A DNA stretch of 64,000 nucleotides. It comes from Hypanus sabinus. Lineage: Eukaryota. Under the pieces are notes generated by a model. It ran no database searches, was not told the origin of the DNA, and worked only from the letters and a program-made list of their open reading frames with translations. Each line of letters begins with the position of its first letter. Positions within the stretch are counted from its first letter, which is position 1. The position numbers and the translations under genes were made by a program. The DNA lies in assembly GCF_030144855.1 (NCBI RefSeq), contig NC_082712.1:10106001-10170000 (forward strand), given 5' to 3'. Below are positions 34,925 to 47,929 of the stretch, piece after piece.

Positions 34925-35090
34925 TAACCCTTAGGTCTGGTGTCCTTTTTTGTTTCCCAAAAGTGAAATGCAGAAGTTGCATGAAGTTTTCGTCATTTCC
35001 TCACCTTGATACACTGGTTATAATTAGATAAATTACTCGTTTCTAACTAAAGAAATCAGAACTTCCTGACTTCTGACAGGAAGTCCATGA
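34925..35090 (-). promoter_or_regulatory. Putative myeloid/immune promoter
   Basis: IRF-like aaaagtgaaa, PU.1-like gaggaaatga (minus strand) and two ETS cores (acttcctg, caggaagt) directly upstream of the leader ATG; motif match only. Confidence 0.4.
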
Positions 35091-35857
35091 TGCACACAGG
35101 GTTGGTGTGTCAAATCACAAACAACAGAAAACTTACAGATGCTGGAAATCTAATCAGCACATACAAAATGCTGGAGGAACTCAGCAGGGCAGGCAGCATC
35201 AATGGAAAGGAGTACAGTCGATGTTCGATATGTTGCAGGAACTGACCCTTGTGCCTTTAGTTATGACCACCTGAGAACGGAAAAGGACTCTGCGAAGTGT
35301 GGAGAGTTCAGACGTGTTTGTCGAAAACCGAACCTGAGAGGGCAAAGGCTAACAAGAAAGTTTCAGTGGCACACATGATTAAGGAGGCTCGGAAAGCATT
35401 TCAAAACTCATTTACTTGCTTGTGTACCTTTGGGGTGCGACTGGTGAATTTCGATCATTTATACGTAAGAATTCCGAATTCCCACAAGCGACTTTAAGTG
35501 AGGGCAGCTCTGACAAATTGTCCTACTTCCCTGCAGGGATGAAGGTCTAATGATTGGTGGTAATCAGTGTTAATGGCTGGCTGGAGTCATCATGATTCTC
35601 GCTCTGCCGTTTGTGTGATCTTAGTTTTTGTCATTCCAACCTGCGTGTATCGTCTCCCTCAAATATCTCCAATTCCCATGTTGAACAAAATCTAAGCGAT
35701 AGGTAAAAATGAAACAGTACATACTTAAAACCACCGACTATGTATTCTGCCATATTTCACTTCTATGCCGCAGAACTCTTGATGTCCTTTCATATAAAAG
35801 TCTGTTACCTACCTCTCCCATTCATTTTTTCCCAGAAAAACACAGATACATTTACAA

Positions 35858-35989
35858 NNNNNNNNNNNNNNNNNNNNNNNNNNNNNNNNNNNNNNNNNNN
35901 NNNNNNNNNNNNNNNNNNNNNNNNNNNNNNNNNNNNNNNNNNNNNNNNNNNNNNNNNNNNNNNNNNNNNNNNNNNNNNNNNNNNNNNNN
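35858..35989. other. Assembly gap (N run)
   Basis: Run of n characters. Confidence 1.
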
Positions 35990-37960
35990 TTAATTAAAAT
36001 TTTTAAAAAGGAATACAAGGACTCAATTAATACAATAATTAATACATATTGAAAAAAATAATTCAAATACATCAATAAATCCGAGAGAGAAAAAGAACCC
36101 CTATCACAACATCTTCTCCCCGCATTTAGAAAAAAGGAAGGAAAAAATAAAACATAAGAGACAGAGTAAAGAAAGGATAGGAGAGAAGAGGAAAGAAAAG
36201 AGAGAAAAAAAGAAGAGTAGGCGCCCAGCTCTCAGAGTCAGTTTAAAATACAAATTGCAGAAACTAGCTTATAATAAGGGATATATAAATTGCAATGAAT
36301 TAAAGCAAATAAGTTAAACAGTCCGGGCATGTAAGTAATCCAATTATGATTACCAAATCTCAATGAACATATTGTATTCATTCCTAAGGGTATAGGTAAT
36401 CTTCTCAAGGGGTATACAACTTTGCATTTCTTTATTCCAACGATCAATATGAACAAGGGAATCGGATTTCCATATTACCGCTATGCATTTCCTGGCTACT
36501 GATAGCGCAATTTTAATAAATTTGGATTAATTCCTGGGGAGGTTAGCTTTCAAAACTGCTAATTCCCCAGAAGAAACAATTCTGGGTCCAGAGGCAAATC
36601 CATCCCCAGAATCTTTCTCAGTACCTCCCCCAGATCTATCCAAAAAGATCTGTTTCGTGCATAGCCAGGCGGAATGCAGAAAGGTACCAACATCTATGCC
36701 AAACCTGAAACACTTATGGGAAATTTCTGGGGTTGTTTTTGTATTTGTTCATGTGTGAGATATAACTGATGTAAAAAATTAAAATGCATCATTCTGTATC
36801 TAGATTGATAAGAGTAGTAACAGTATCCAAACATAAACTTGACCAGCATTGGTGATCAATTACAATGCCCAAATCCGACCCCTATCTTTCGATATATTCG
36901 ATCGATATATACCAAACTTTGGGCATTGGTCCTGGAATAAAGAATACATATTAGAGATAAATTTAGTTGTATTCCCCTTTAGAATTAGAATCTCCATGTC
37001 TGAGCACCTTGGTAGGGCCAGTGATGGACTTAAACAGTTCCTCAAAACAGATCGTAATTGGAGATAGCAGAAGAAAGTATTATTAGATAAATTATATTTA
37101 TTTTTAAGTCACTCAAAAGACATAAATTGCCTCTGCTGATTATAATAATCTTCAACGCCCCTCAAACCGTGTTGATACCAGGTGACTAGAAATTTATTAC
37201 CCAGAGTTTCCCCCCCCCCCAGACATAAACTACATGTCTCAGTGGAGGATTGTTTGTTTTCTTTTTAATTAATTTGGAGTCCCATTTTTATATAAATTCT
37301 TCTGCCATCTCTTCTCCTACCATATGTAAGCCAATTGTAACCCAAGAAGGAATAGTTGTCTCATCTAAAAATAAGCAATAAAACGTGCTTGTGCAGCTAA
37401 ATAATGTTTCTTTAAAATCTGGTCATTTTAACCCTCCCAATTTATAGTCCCAGGTCAATTTTTCCATGGAGATTCTAGATATTTTACACGACCATAATAA
37501 TAGACGAAAATGTCCATTGAGAATCTTTAATAAAGTATTAGATAATTGGATAGGTAAAGACTGAAAATATACTGAAGTCTTGTCATTATCTTCATTTTTA
37601 TCCAGTTACCCTGCCCATCAGTGTGATAGGAAGGCTTATCCACCTATGTAGATCCTCCTCAACATTCTGCTGCAAGGAGAGATAATTAAGTTTATAAAGG
37701 TCATCCAAATTACGGTTCAACTTAATCCCCAGATACTTCATGTTGGAGTTAATCCATCGAAACAGTGTCGTATTGATATTGGGCATTGTCTCCTCCACCT
37801 GAAGGTAAAATGTCACTTTTGTTCCAATTTATTTTATATCCCGAGACTATACCATAATTGTCCAGCAAGGCCCTAAGTCTTAACAAAGAGCCGGCCGGGT
37901 CAGTCAAATATACTAAAATGTCATCAGCAAATCAATTAATTTTATATTAATTCATTCCTC

Positions 37961-40329
37961 AGCACGTCGAGGAACCAACTAGAGAGCAGGCCATTGTAGA
38001 TTGGGTATTGAACAAAGAGGAAGGGTTAGTTAGCAATCTTGTCGTGCGAGGCCCCTTGGGTAAGAGTGACCATAATATGGTGGAATTCTTCATTAATATG
38101 GAGAGTGACATAGTTAATTCAGAAACAAAGGTTCTGAACTTAAAGAAGAGTAACTTTGAAGGTATGAGACGTGAATTAGCTAAGATAGACTGGCAAATGA
38201 TACTTAAAGGGTTGACAGTGGATATGCAAAGGCAAGCATTTAAAGATCGCATGGATGAACTACAAAAATTGTTCATCCCAGTTTGGCAAAAGAGTAAACC
38301 TGGGAAGGTAGTGCACCCGTGGCTGACAAGGGAAATTAGGGATAGTATCAAGTCCAAAGAAAAAAACCTATAAATTAACAAAACAAAGCGGCACACCTGA
38401 GGACTGGGAGAAATTCAGAGTCCAGCAGAGGAAGACAAAGGGCTTAATTAGGAAAGGGAAAAAAGATTATGAGAGAAAGCTGGCAGGGAACGTAAGAACA
38501 GACTGTAAAAGCTTTTATAGATATGTGAAAATAAAAAGATTGGTTAAGACAAATCTAGGTCCCTTACAGTCAGAAACAGTTGAATTGATCATGGGGAACA
38601 AGGACATGGCAGACCAATTGAATAACTACTTTGGTTCTGTTTTCACTAAGGAGGACCTAAATAATCTTCCAGAAATAGTAGGGGACCGAGGGTCTAGTGA
38701 GATGGAGGAACTGAGGGAAATAAATGTTAGTAGGGAAGTGGTGTTAGGTAAATTGAAGGGATTTAAGGCAGATAAATCCCCAGGGCCTGATGGTCTGCAT
38801 CCCAGAGTGCTTAAAGAAGTAGCCTAAGAAATAATGGATGCATTAGTGGTAATTTTTCAAAACTCCTTAGATTCTGAATTAGTTCCTGAGGATTGGAGGG
38901 TGGTTAATGTAACCCCACTTTTTAAAAAAAGGAGGGAGAGAGAAACTGGGGAATTATAGACCGGTTAGCCTGACATCGGTGGTGGGGAAAATGCTAGAGT
39001 CAGTTATCAAAGATGTGACAACAGTACATTTGGAAAGCAGTGAAAACATCGGACAAAGTTAGCATGGATTTTGTGAAAGGAAATCTCATAGAATGTTTTG
39101 AAGATGTAACTAGGAGAGTGGATGGGGAGAGCCAGTGGATGTGGTGTATTTGGATTTTCATAAGTCTTTTGGCAAGGTCCCATACAGGAGTTTAGTGTGC
39201 AAACGTAAAGCACACGGTATTAGGGGTATGGTATTGACGTCGGTAGACAATTGGTTGGTAGAAAGGAAGCAAAGAGTGGGAGTAAACGGGACCTTTTCAG
39301 AATTGCAGGCAATGACTAGTGGGGTACTTCAAGGCTCAGGGCTGGGACACCAGTTGTTTACAATATATATTAATGATTTAGGCGAGGGAATTAAATGCAG
39401 CATCTCCAAGTTTGTGGATGACAAAAAGCTCGGCGGCGGTTTTAGCTGTGAGGAGGATGCTAACAGGATGCAGGGTGACTTGGAAAGGTTAGGTGAGTGG
39501 GCAAATTCATGGCAGATGCAATTTAATGTGGAAAAATGTGAGGTTATACACTTTGGTTGCAAGAACAGGAAAACAGATTATTATCTGAATGGTGGCTGAT
39601 TAGGAAAAGGGGAGGTGCAATGAAACCTGGGTGTCATTGTACACCAGTCATTGAAGGTGGGCATGCAGATACAGCAGGCAGTGAAAAAGGCAAATGGTAT
39701 GTAGGCATTCCTAGCAAAAGGATTTGAGTACAGGAGCAGGGAGGTTCTACTGCAGTTGTACAAGGCCTTGGTGAGACTGCTGCTAGAGTATTGTGTGCAG
39801 TTTTGGTCCCCTAATCTGAGGAAGGACATTCATTCCATAGAGGGAGTACAAAGAAAGTTCACCAGATTGATTCCTGGGATGGAAGGACTTTCATATGATT
39901 AAAGACTGGATTGACTAGGCTTATTCTCGCTGGAATTTAGAAGATTGAGGGGGGATCTTATTGAAATGTATAAAATTCTAAAGAGATTGGACAGGCTAGA
40001 TTGTTTCCGATGTTGGGGAAGTCCAGAACGAGGGGTCACAGTTTAAGGGTAAAGGGGAAGCCTTTTAAGGCCGAGATGAGGAAAACGTCTTCACACAAAG
40101 AGTGGTGAATCTGTGAAATTCTCTGCCACAGGAAACAGTTGAGGCTGGTTCATTGGCTATATTTAAGAGGAAGTTAGATATAGCCCTTGTGGCTAAAGGG
40201 ATCAGGGGGTATGGAGAGAAAGCAGGTACAGAGTTCTGAATTGGATGTTCAGCCATGATCATACTGAATGACGGTGCAGTCTGGAAGGGCCGAATAGCCT
40301 ACTCCTGCTCCTATTTTCTATGTTTCTAT
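37961..40329 (+). mobile_element. 5'-truncated CR1 nested in the L1
   Basis: 7-bp TSD ATTCCTC (37954-37960 / 40330-40336); SDHN, GPDGLHPRVLKE, VLQGSGLG, FVDDKKL motifs; ctatgtttctat-type tail. Confidence 0.9.
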
Positions 40330-40782
40330 ATTCCTCCTGGGCCACTTTAAACTCCTTTATGTCTGGATACCTCCTAACAGCCTCAACCAATAGTTGTATT
40401 ACCAGAACAAATAGAGCTGGAGATAGTGGGCAATCTTGTGTCTAGATCTATGTAGAGAGGAAACTGGTGAAATCTGCCCATTCGTAATTATTTTAGCCTG
40501 AGACTAATGGTAAAGTGCTGTTATCTAATTTATGAATATTTGGCCTCGACCAAAATTTTCCATTGTTTTAAATTAGAATATCCCATTCAAGCCTATCAAA
40601 GGCCTTTTCAGCATCTAAAGCCACTGCTATAGTCGGGTCCACCTTCGTCTTAGCTCAATGTAATAGTCTGCCAATATTATCAGATAATTCGAGGAAATCT
40701 GCAGATGCTGGGAATTTAAACAACACACACAAAATGCTGGTGGAACACAGCAGGCCAGGCAGCATCTATAGGGATAAGCACT

Positions 40783-40816
40783 GTCAACGTTTCGGGCCGA
40801 GACCCTTCATCAGGAC
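40783..40816 (-). ncRNA. Minimal type-I hammerhead ribozyme motif (PLE terminal repeat)
   Basis: GTC-CTGATGA-A-GGG-TCTCGG-CCC-GAAA-C-GTT-GAC on the minus strand; activity not shown. Confidence 0.6.
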
Positions 40817-41523
40817 TAACTGAAAGGAAAGATACTAAGAGATTGGAAAGTGGGGGGGGAGGGGGAGATGCGAAATGATAGAAGACTGGAGGGGGTGGGA
40901 TGAAGCTAAGAGCTGGAAAGGTGTTTGACAAAAGTGATACAGAGCTGGAGAAGGGAAAGGATCATGGGACGGGAGGCCTAGGGAGAACGAAAGGGGGAGG
41001 GGAGCACCAGGGGGTGATAGAGAATAGGCAGAGTGATGGGCAGAGAGAGAGAAAAAAACAAACAATATGTCAGGGATGGGGTAAGAGGGGAGGAGGGGCA
41101 TTAACGGAAGTTAGAGAAGTCAATGTTCATGCCATCAGGTTGGAGGCTACCCAGCCGGTATATAAGGTGTTGTTCCTCCAACCTGAGAGTAGCTTCGTCT
41201 TGACAGTAGAGGAGGCCATGGATAGACATATCAGAATTGGAATGAGACATGGAATTAAAATGTGTGGCCACTGGGAGATCCTGCTTTCTGTGATGGACAG
41301 AGCGTAGATGTTCAGCGAAACGGTCTCCCAGTCTGCGTCATGTCTCACCAATATATAAAAGACCACACCGGGAGCACCGGACGCAGTACATCACATCAGC
41401 CGACTCACAGGTGAAGTTAAAGAGCAAACACGAGGAAATCTGCAGATGCGGGAAATTCAAACAACCCACACAAAATGCTGGTGGAACACAGCAGGCCAGA
41501 CAGCATCTATAAGGAGAAGTACT

Positions 41524-41557
41524 GCCGACGTTTCGGGCCGAGACCCTTCTTCAGGAC
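41524..41557 (-). ncRNA. Minimal type-I hammerhead ribozyme motif
   Basis: GTC-CTGAAGA-A-GGG-TCTCGG-CCC-GAAA-C-GTC-GGC on the minus strand. Confidence 0.55.
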
Positions 41558-43740
41558 ACTTCGTCCAGATGAAGGGTCTCTGCCCGAAATGTCGACAGTG
41601 CTTCTCCTTATAGATGCTGTCTGGCCTGCTATGTTCCACCAGCATTTTGTGTGGGTTGTTCGTAGATGAAGTGTCGCCTCACCTGGAAGGACTGTCTGGG
41701 GCCCAGAATGGTGGTGATGGAGGAAGTGCAAGAGCAGGTGTAGCACTTGTTCCGCTTACAAGGATAAGTGCCAGGAGGGAGATCGGTGGGAAGGGATGGG
41801 GGGGACGAGTGGACAAGGGAGTCGCGTAGGGAGCGATCCCTGTGGAAAGCAGAAAGGGGAGGTAAGGGGAAGATGTGCTGTGTAGTGGGATCCTATTGGA
41901 GGTGGCGGAAGTTACGGAGAATTATACGTGGGACCTGGAGGCTGGTGGGGTGATAGGTTAGGACAAGGGGAGCCCTATCCCGAGTGGGGTGGTGGGCGGA
42001 TGGGGTGAGGGCAGATGTGCGGGAAATGGGAGAGATGCGTTTGAGAGCAGAGTTGATGTTGGACGAAGGGAAGCCTCTTTGATTAAAAAAGGAAGACATC
42101 TCCTTCGTCCTGGAATGAAAAGCCTCATCCTGAGAGCAGGTGCGGCGGAGACAGAGGAATTGTGAGAAGGGGATAGCGGTTTTGCAAGAGGAATAGTCCA
42201 GGGAGCTCTGAGAGTCTCAGTAGATAAGCCAGCCGTCTCCAGAAATGGAGACAGAAAGATCAAGAAAAGGGAGGGAGGTGTCGGAAATGGATCAGGTAAA
42301 CTTGAGGGCAGGGTGAAAGTTGGAGGCAAAGTTAATGAAGTCAACGAGCTCCGCATGCGTGCAGGTAGCAGCGCCAATGCAGTCGTCGATGTAGCGAAAG
42401 AAAAGAGGGGAAAGTCCATGTTCCATGTTCTATACGGGTATCCGTCCCCCTCTTTTCCTTCGCTACATCGACGACTGCATTGGCTCTGCCTTCTGCATGC
42501 ATGCCACCTGGTCCATTTCCGACACCTCCCTCCCCTTTCTAGAAAAAGGGGCATTCAATTCTTCCTGATCTTGTTGACTCAGTTTGGGAAGTTGTAAATT
42601 GGACAAGAAATTATCAATTTTCGATGAGTCACCCGCTGATTTTGATTTATATAGTTCCGATTGGAACTGCTTAAAAGTATCATTTATTTCTTTTGGCGTA
42701 AGTGAAATCTGACCTTCCCCTGTTTGAATCACATTTATTGTTCCAGAGGTTTCTTCCACCTTCAATTGCCAAGATAGTACTTTATGGGTTCTCTCTCCTA
42801 ATTCAGAATATTGATTTTTTTGATTTTAGTATCATTTTTTTTCTATTCTATATGTTTGTTTTGTGTTATACTCTAATTTTTATTTATTAATTTTTTTAAT
42901 ATAATTTTCCTCTGTTGTTGAATTCTGACAATCTTTTTCTAGTTGTGTTATTTTTTTCGCCAACTCATTTAATTCTTTTACATATTAATTTTTAGTCCCT
43001 TAAAATATCCAATTATCTGTCCTCTTAAATATGCTTTTAATGTGTCCGATAATAAGCAATTATTGGCAGTAGGGGGTGAGTTCGTCTCACAGAACAGTTC
43101 TATTTGAGCTGTAATAAAACTGCAAAACTCTGGTCTTTTCAACCACAAAGGATTAAAACGCCATCTATATTATGTATTTTGTTTATCAGGCATTTCAATT
43201 GATAAAATTAAAGGTGAATGGTCCAAGAGTAGTCTAGCAGCATATTCTATTTGAATGACCCTACTTTCTAATTTAGCTGATATTAGAAATAAGTCAATTG
43301 CTGAGTAGGAATCATATTGTTTTAAATAGAAAGAGTAGTCTCTTTCCCTTAGATTCTGCCATCTCCAAGCATCTATTATATCCAAGTCCTTCATGAAGGC
43401 CAGGTTGGATTTTGCTGCCCTGACCTTCATGACGTTTTCTACTGATCTATCTAATATTGGATCCAGATAAAAATTGAAATCCACTCCAATTCAGATATTT
43501 TCATATCTTTGAACAACTTTCAGAAAAATAGTTTGACTAAATTTCTCTTCGTTATAATTGGGGGCATATAAATTCAAAAGTGTCCAGGATTCTGAATATA
43601 TTTGACAGTTGACATATCAAATCTCCCGGCTGGGTCTATGATTGTACCCTCCACCTCCACTGGCAAATTCTTCCCTATCAATACTGCCACTCCTCTGGCT
43701 TTAGAATTAAAGGAGGGCGATATTACTTGAACAACCCATT

Positions 43741-43870
43741 GAAGGGTCTCGGCCCAAAACGTCGACATCGCTTCTCCCTATAGATGCTGCCTAGCCTGCT
43801 GTGTTCTACCAGCATTTTGTGTGTGTTGTTGTTTGAATGTCCAGCATCTGCAGATTTCCTCGTGTTTGTT
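43741..43870 (+). mobile_element. Truncated solo PLE terminal repeat inserted in the L1 endonuclease region
   Basis: gaagggtctcggccc...cagcatctgcagatttcctcgtgtttg splits the L1 ORF2 reading. Confidence 0.8.
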
Positions 43871-45949
43871 CCTTTTAATTTGTTATGTTCTGTCACTGTA
43901 AGATGATTTTCTTGAAGAAAGATAATATCAATATGATTTTTAAGATGTACCAAGACTTGTTTCCTTTTTATCGGTCTATTTATCCCATTAACATTAAGAC
44001 TTAAAAATTTAATTGCTCTATTCATAGATATCAGATCTTATTAGTTGATAAATCCTGCCCATAAAAAAATAAATTAATCCCATTTCTTTGAGTGACTCTG
44101 AGTTATTTGCTGCCATTCTCAATAGAAGGTAGAGAGGAAACCAAAGAGGAAAGAAAATAAAAGAAAAAAGAGATAAACAAAGAAAAAGAAAAGGAGGAAA
44201 ACCCTCCCAACTGGCGCTCGAAGTCCACGGTGCCTTAACCCCTCTTATTGTGGGTTCCATTAACATCGCACTAAAGATGGACATTCTTTAATATATAACA
44301 TAATTTATCTTTTTTTTCGGAAGAAAAAAAAATTCACTTCCCCAAAACTCCTTAATTAAACATCTGTAAAAAATAAATTATATTCCACACCCATTGTTAC
44401 TAAATATCTGAATTAATCTATAATATTGAAAGTAAATATAATTAATATAGCAATATATCCAAATAAAGAAAAGGATTCAACGAAACTTACTAAATATAAC
44501 CCTAAATATTGTAACTTAATACATATCCAGCATACCAAAAATTAAACATATCAAAAGATGTATCTATATAATCAAAGATTTTCATACTTGTTTTAACGAA
44601 ATTAGATTAACTATATAGTTCCTTAGTAGTATAATTCAAAAAGACCCAACAGAAAACTAAATAGATTTAATAAGAAATTAATATTTATAGTGATTTCTAT
44701 CCATAATCATATGAATTTAAGTTCAATATTTTAAATCATAAGTCTTCATCCATAATTATATTGATTCCAAGTTCAAGATTATGTTTTTAAAATTAATCTA
44801 TATTAATAAAGAAAATCAAATAATTTTCTTCATATATTTTGTCCCAGATACATCTTTCTAGGCCTCTTCTTCCAGAAGTATATTCTGAATCACAATGTCT
44901 CAGTTAATTTTTGAATAAAGTTTACCGCCTCCGGGGGGTTAGTAAAACATTTCCTCCACCCATCTGACAGAGTAATTCTCAGCTTTGCTGGACTTAATAA
45001 AGAATATTGAAGAGCTTTATTCTTTAATAATTTCCTTGTGAAGTCAAATTATTTCCTTTTTCTTAACAAGGCCACACTAATATCTGCAAAGCAGGATATC
45101 TTTCCTTCAAACTCTAATAGGCCATTTCTTTCTCTGGCCTCTTGCTGCAGCTCGGAATACTTTTTGTTTATCTTGATACTTCAAAAAGAGTGTAAGTATT
45201 GGGCGGGTCTTTGGTCTGGAGGTGGTTGGGGGATTAAAGTCCTGTGTGCTCTTTCTATAATTAATTCTTTGTCAAAATGCTTTTTCCCCAGAACTTTGGG
45301 GACCCATTCTTGAAAGAAAGTTACTGCGTCTCTGCCTTCCAGTCCCTCTTTTAAACCCACTATTTTGATATTATTTCTTCTGCTATAGTTTTCAAGGGAG
45401 TCAAGTTTATCCATTATTTTTACTTTCCCAATCCTCCTGGAATCTTTTTTATTTTTCCAAGCTTTGTAATCTATTCACAACATCCTTCGCACTGTTTTCT
45501 AAATCCTGGGTTCGCAAATTTAAAGATTCCAAAGTCTGTTTCCTTTCCTTAGGTTCTTGAATGATAAGGTCTAAATGACTATCGTATTTATCCATCCTAC
45601 CGGTTAAAGTCCGGACGGCATCCGTCAACTCATGAATCGCGGCCACGAGGTCACTGCCCGAGCCAACCCCGCGTCATACTGCCGCCGTCTTCGGGACTTC
45701 CGCAGGCTCAGAGGAACCGTCCGACGAACAAACCTCATCACCATTGCTGCCGCGTCCCTCAACTCCAGACGCCCCCGGCAGTGCAAGGCCGGCAGTACTA
45801 GCGCCAGTAGGATTTCCACGATTTCTCCTTTTAACCATTGCTTTTGTTAAAGTTATATGAAAGCCTTATACACAGGTTGTAAAGAACTTTTTATAGGAGT
45901 TATTCAGGGAAGCGCCCGATCAATGGAACGACATCACGTGACCATCCTC

Positions 45950-46385
45950 TTCTTTCTTCTTCTTCTTTGGTTGTCCATCGGAATCCCATGATGACGTCCA
46001 CTCCCTTAACGGTGAGATCCTTGATGACTATACAATCCTATCCTGGACCCACAAGCTCTGTTGCAGGTGGGACATGTATATGTGGTAGTGGTGGTAGTGC
46101 TGGCAACCATGGCTGCATTTCTCCTGGCTCTCTTCTCCTGTCTTCTGATTGTTCTTTCCATCTCCAGAATACGAACCCCATCCTTACACAGCTGTTGCCA
46201 AGTGTTATCGTCAGCAGCAAAATCCTCCAGGTCCTTAGGTCTGATCTTGCACTTCCTTAAATCATTCTTCATCTGATCCTTACAGCGCTTCTTCAGCCCT
46301 CCAGCTGAGCGTCGACAATGATGCAACTGGCCATATAACACTCTGAGGAATAGCCGACATTGGGGCATCCTTATCACGTGCCCCT
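45950..46385 (-). mobile_element. RTE/BovB-like LINE 3' end
   Basis: RVLYGQL...RSAGG.KKR.KDQMK.DL.KC.I and terminal CPTCNRACGSRIGLYSH; (AAG)n tail. Confidence 0.8.
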
Positions 46386-46479
46386 GTCAATACCACCAAG
46401 ACAGAAGTGATTTGCCAATGGAGTACCAGTGTCCTACCCTATCTACCTGCCTTCACTCTTGGTGATGAAAAGCTGTCAG

Positions 46480-46606
46480 TACATACACACTCACTCACAC
46501 AAACATACGCACATACATTAACAGATACAAATACTGTCACACACACGCACACACACATACACAGAAACACACAGAAGCACACACACACATACACAGAAGC
46601 ACACAG

Positions 46607-46667
<61 letters not shown>
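46480..46667. repeat. (CA)n microsatellite
   Basis: Imperfect then perfect CA run. Confidence 0.95.
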
Positions 46668-47499
46668 ACATTTCCACATTTTATATTTACTAGGTCAGGC
46701 TTCTGCCATGTTCTTTGATATTTCGTCATCCTGTGGCTATTGCCCTGAACAGATCTAAGCAAGTGATGCTGCTCTTATAACTACTCCCCTCCCCCTGGAC
46801 TGCTTAAGTCACTGGCCACTCTCTGTGTCACGAATGTTCCCAGGGGAATCCAGCAAATGTTGTGACTATGATTGAAGGGACAAGAGAGAAAATGAAGTCG
46901 GTGATATAGACTTCATTATTCATCACAGTAAGCAGGCATCGGGGTAGATTCTCACAATCACAAAAGAACATCATATTTTATGCCCTTAAGTCCATAAGGC
47001 ATTTTGCACGCAGGCTTCATAAATCAAAGTACTGAGTACAGGATTAACATGTTATATTGAAATTGTACAATTGTAGTGAGTTTTTCTGCATTTCTGGTCA
47101 TATACTTACAGGAAAGGTATCAATACGTTTGGAAGAGTGCAGAGAAATATTACAAGATGTTGCTGGGACTTGGCGACCTGAGTTATGGGGAAAGGTCTAA
47201 TACATTAGGACTTTATTAGCTGAAGCATAGGAGAATGAGGGGAGTTTTGATAGCGGTAAACAAAATTATGGAGAAGGTCTATAAATCAGCCAAAAGCAGA
47301 ACTTCCCGGTGGCTCAACATTTTAATTCTGATTCTTATTCCCATTTTGACATGTCAGTCCATGCCTTCTGTGCCACCCTCAGCGTGGAGGAGCAACACCT
47401 TATCACCTGTCTGGGTATGCTCCAACTTGATGGCATGTATATCGATTTCTACTTCCCATAATTTTTTTCTTTCCCTCTCTGGGGGCATGGTACCCATCT

Positions 47500-47790
47500 A
47501 AAGAACGACTAGCTTGATTTGTCACACTTACATCAGAACATCAATTGAAATGCGTCGCTTGCACCAACTGCCAACAGTCCGTGGGATGTGCTCGGAACAG
47601 TCTGCAAGTTACCTCTCTTCCAGCGTCAACGTAGCATGGCCACAACTTACTAACCCTGACGCATGTGCCTTTGGAATGTGGGAGGAAATCAATGCACCTG
47701 GAGGAACAGCACGTGTTCACAGCGAAAACGTAGAAACTCCTTATTGACAGCAGCGTTAACTGAGCGCTGGCGCTGTAAGTGTTACGCTAA
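47500..47790 (-). mobile_element. SINE (HE1-like) remnant
   Basis: ctttggaatgtgggaggaaa...cacctggaggaa motif also seen at ~13.7 kb; family name from memory. Confidence 0.5.
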
Positions 47791-47929
47791 CTGCTATGCT
47801 ACCGACACTCGCTGTAATCTCCTTTAAAACTGAAAACTCTGATGTGCCTTCCTTTGATTCATGGCTCAGGAAATGTCATCCAATATGTTATCTAAAATTT
47901 TGCATGGCATCTAAAATTTCGGCAAATTT

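Larger units (their letters stand above)
40700..42545 (-). mobile_element. Penelope-like element (RT thumb, GIY-YIG, terminal repeat) nested in the L1
   Basis: Reverse complement of the 53-55 kb element; MSSFFNQRGFP peptide, GIY-YIG region, terminal repeat at 40700-40830. Confidence 0.85.
35990..45950 (-). mobile_element. Near-full-length L1-like LINE (ORF1 + ORF2) fragmented by nested insertions
   Basis: ORF1 LENYSRRNNIKIVGL...IERAHR (45181-45414), ORF2 start SLNVNG...FLQE (44025 downward), DHSP, and RT pieces at 40.3-40.7 and 37.6-37.95 kb; C-terminus near 36.2 kb. Confidence 0.85.

Noticed and set aside
46407-46762. His/Thr- and Cys/Val-repeat ORFs
   Set aside because: Translations of the (CA)n/(TG)n microsatellite.
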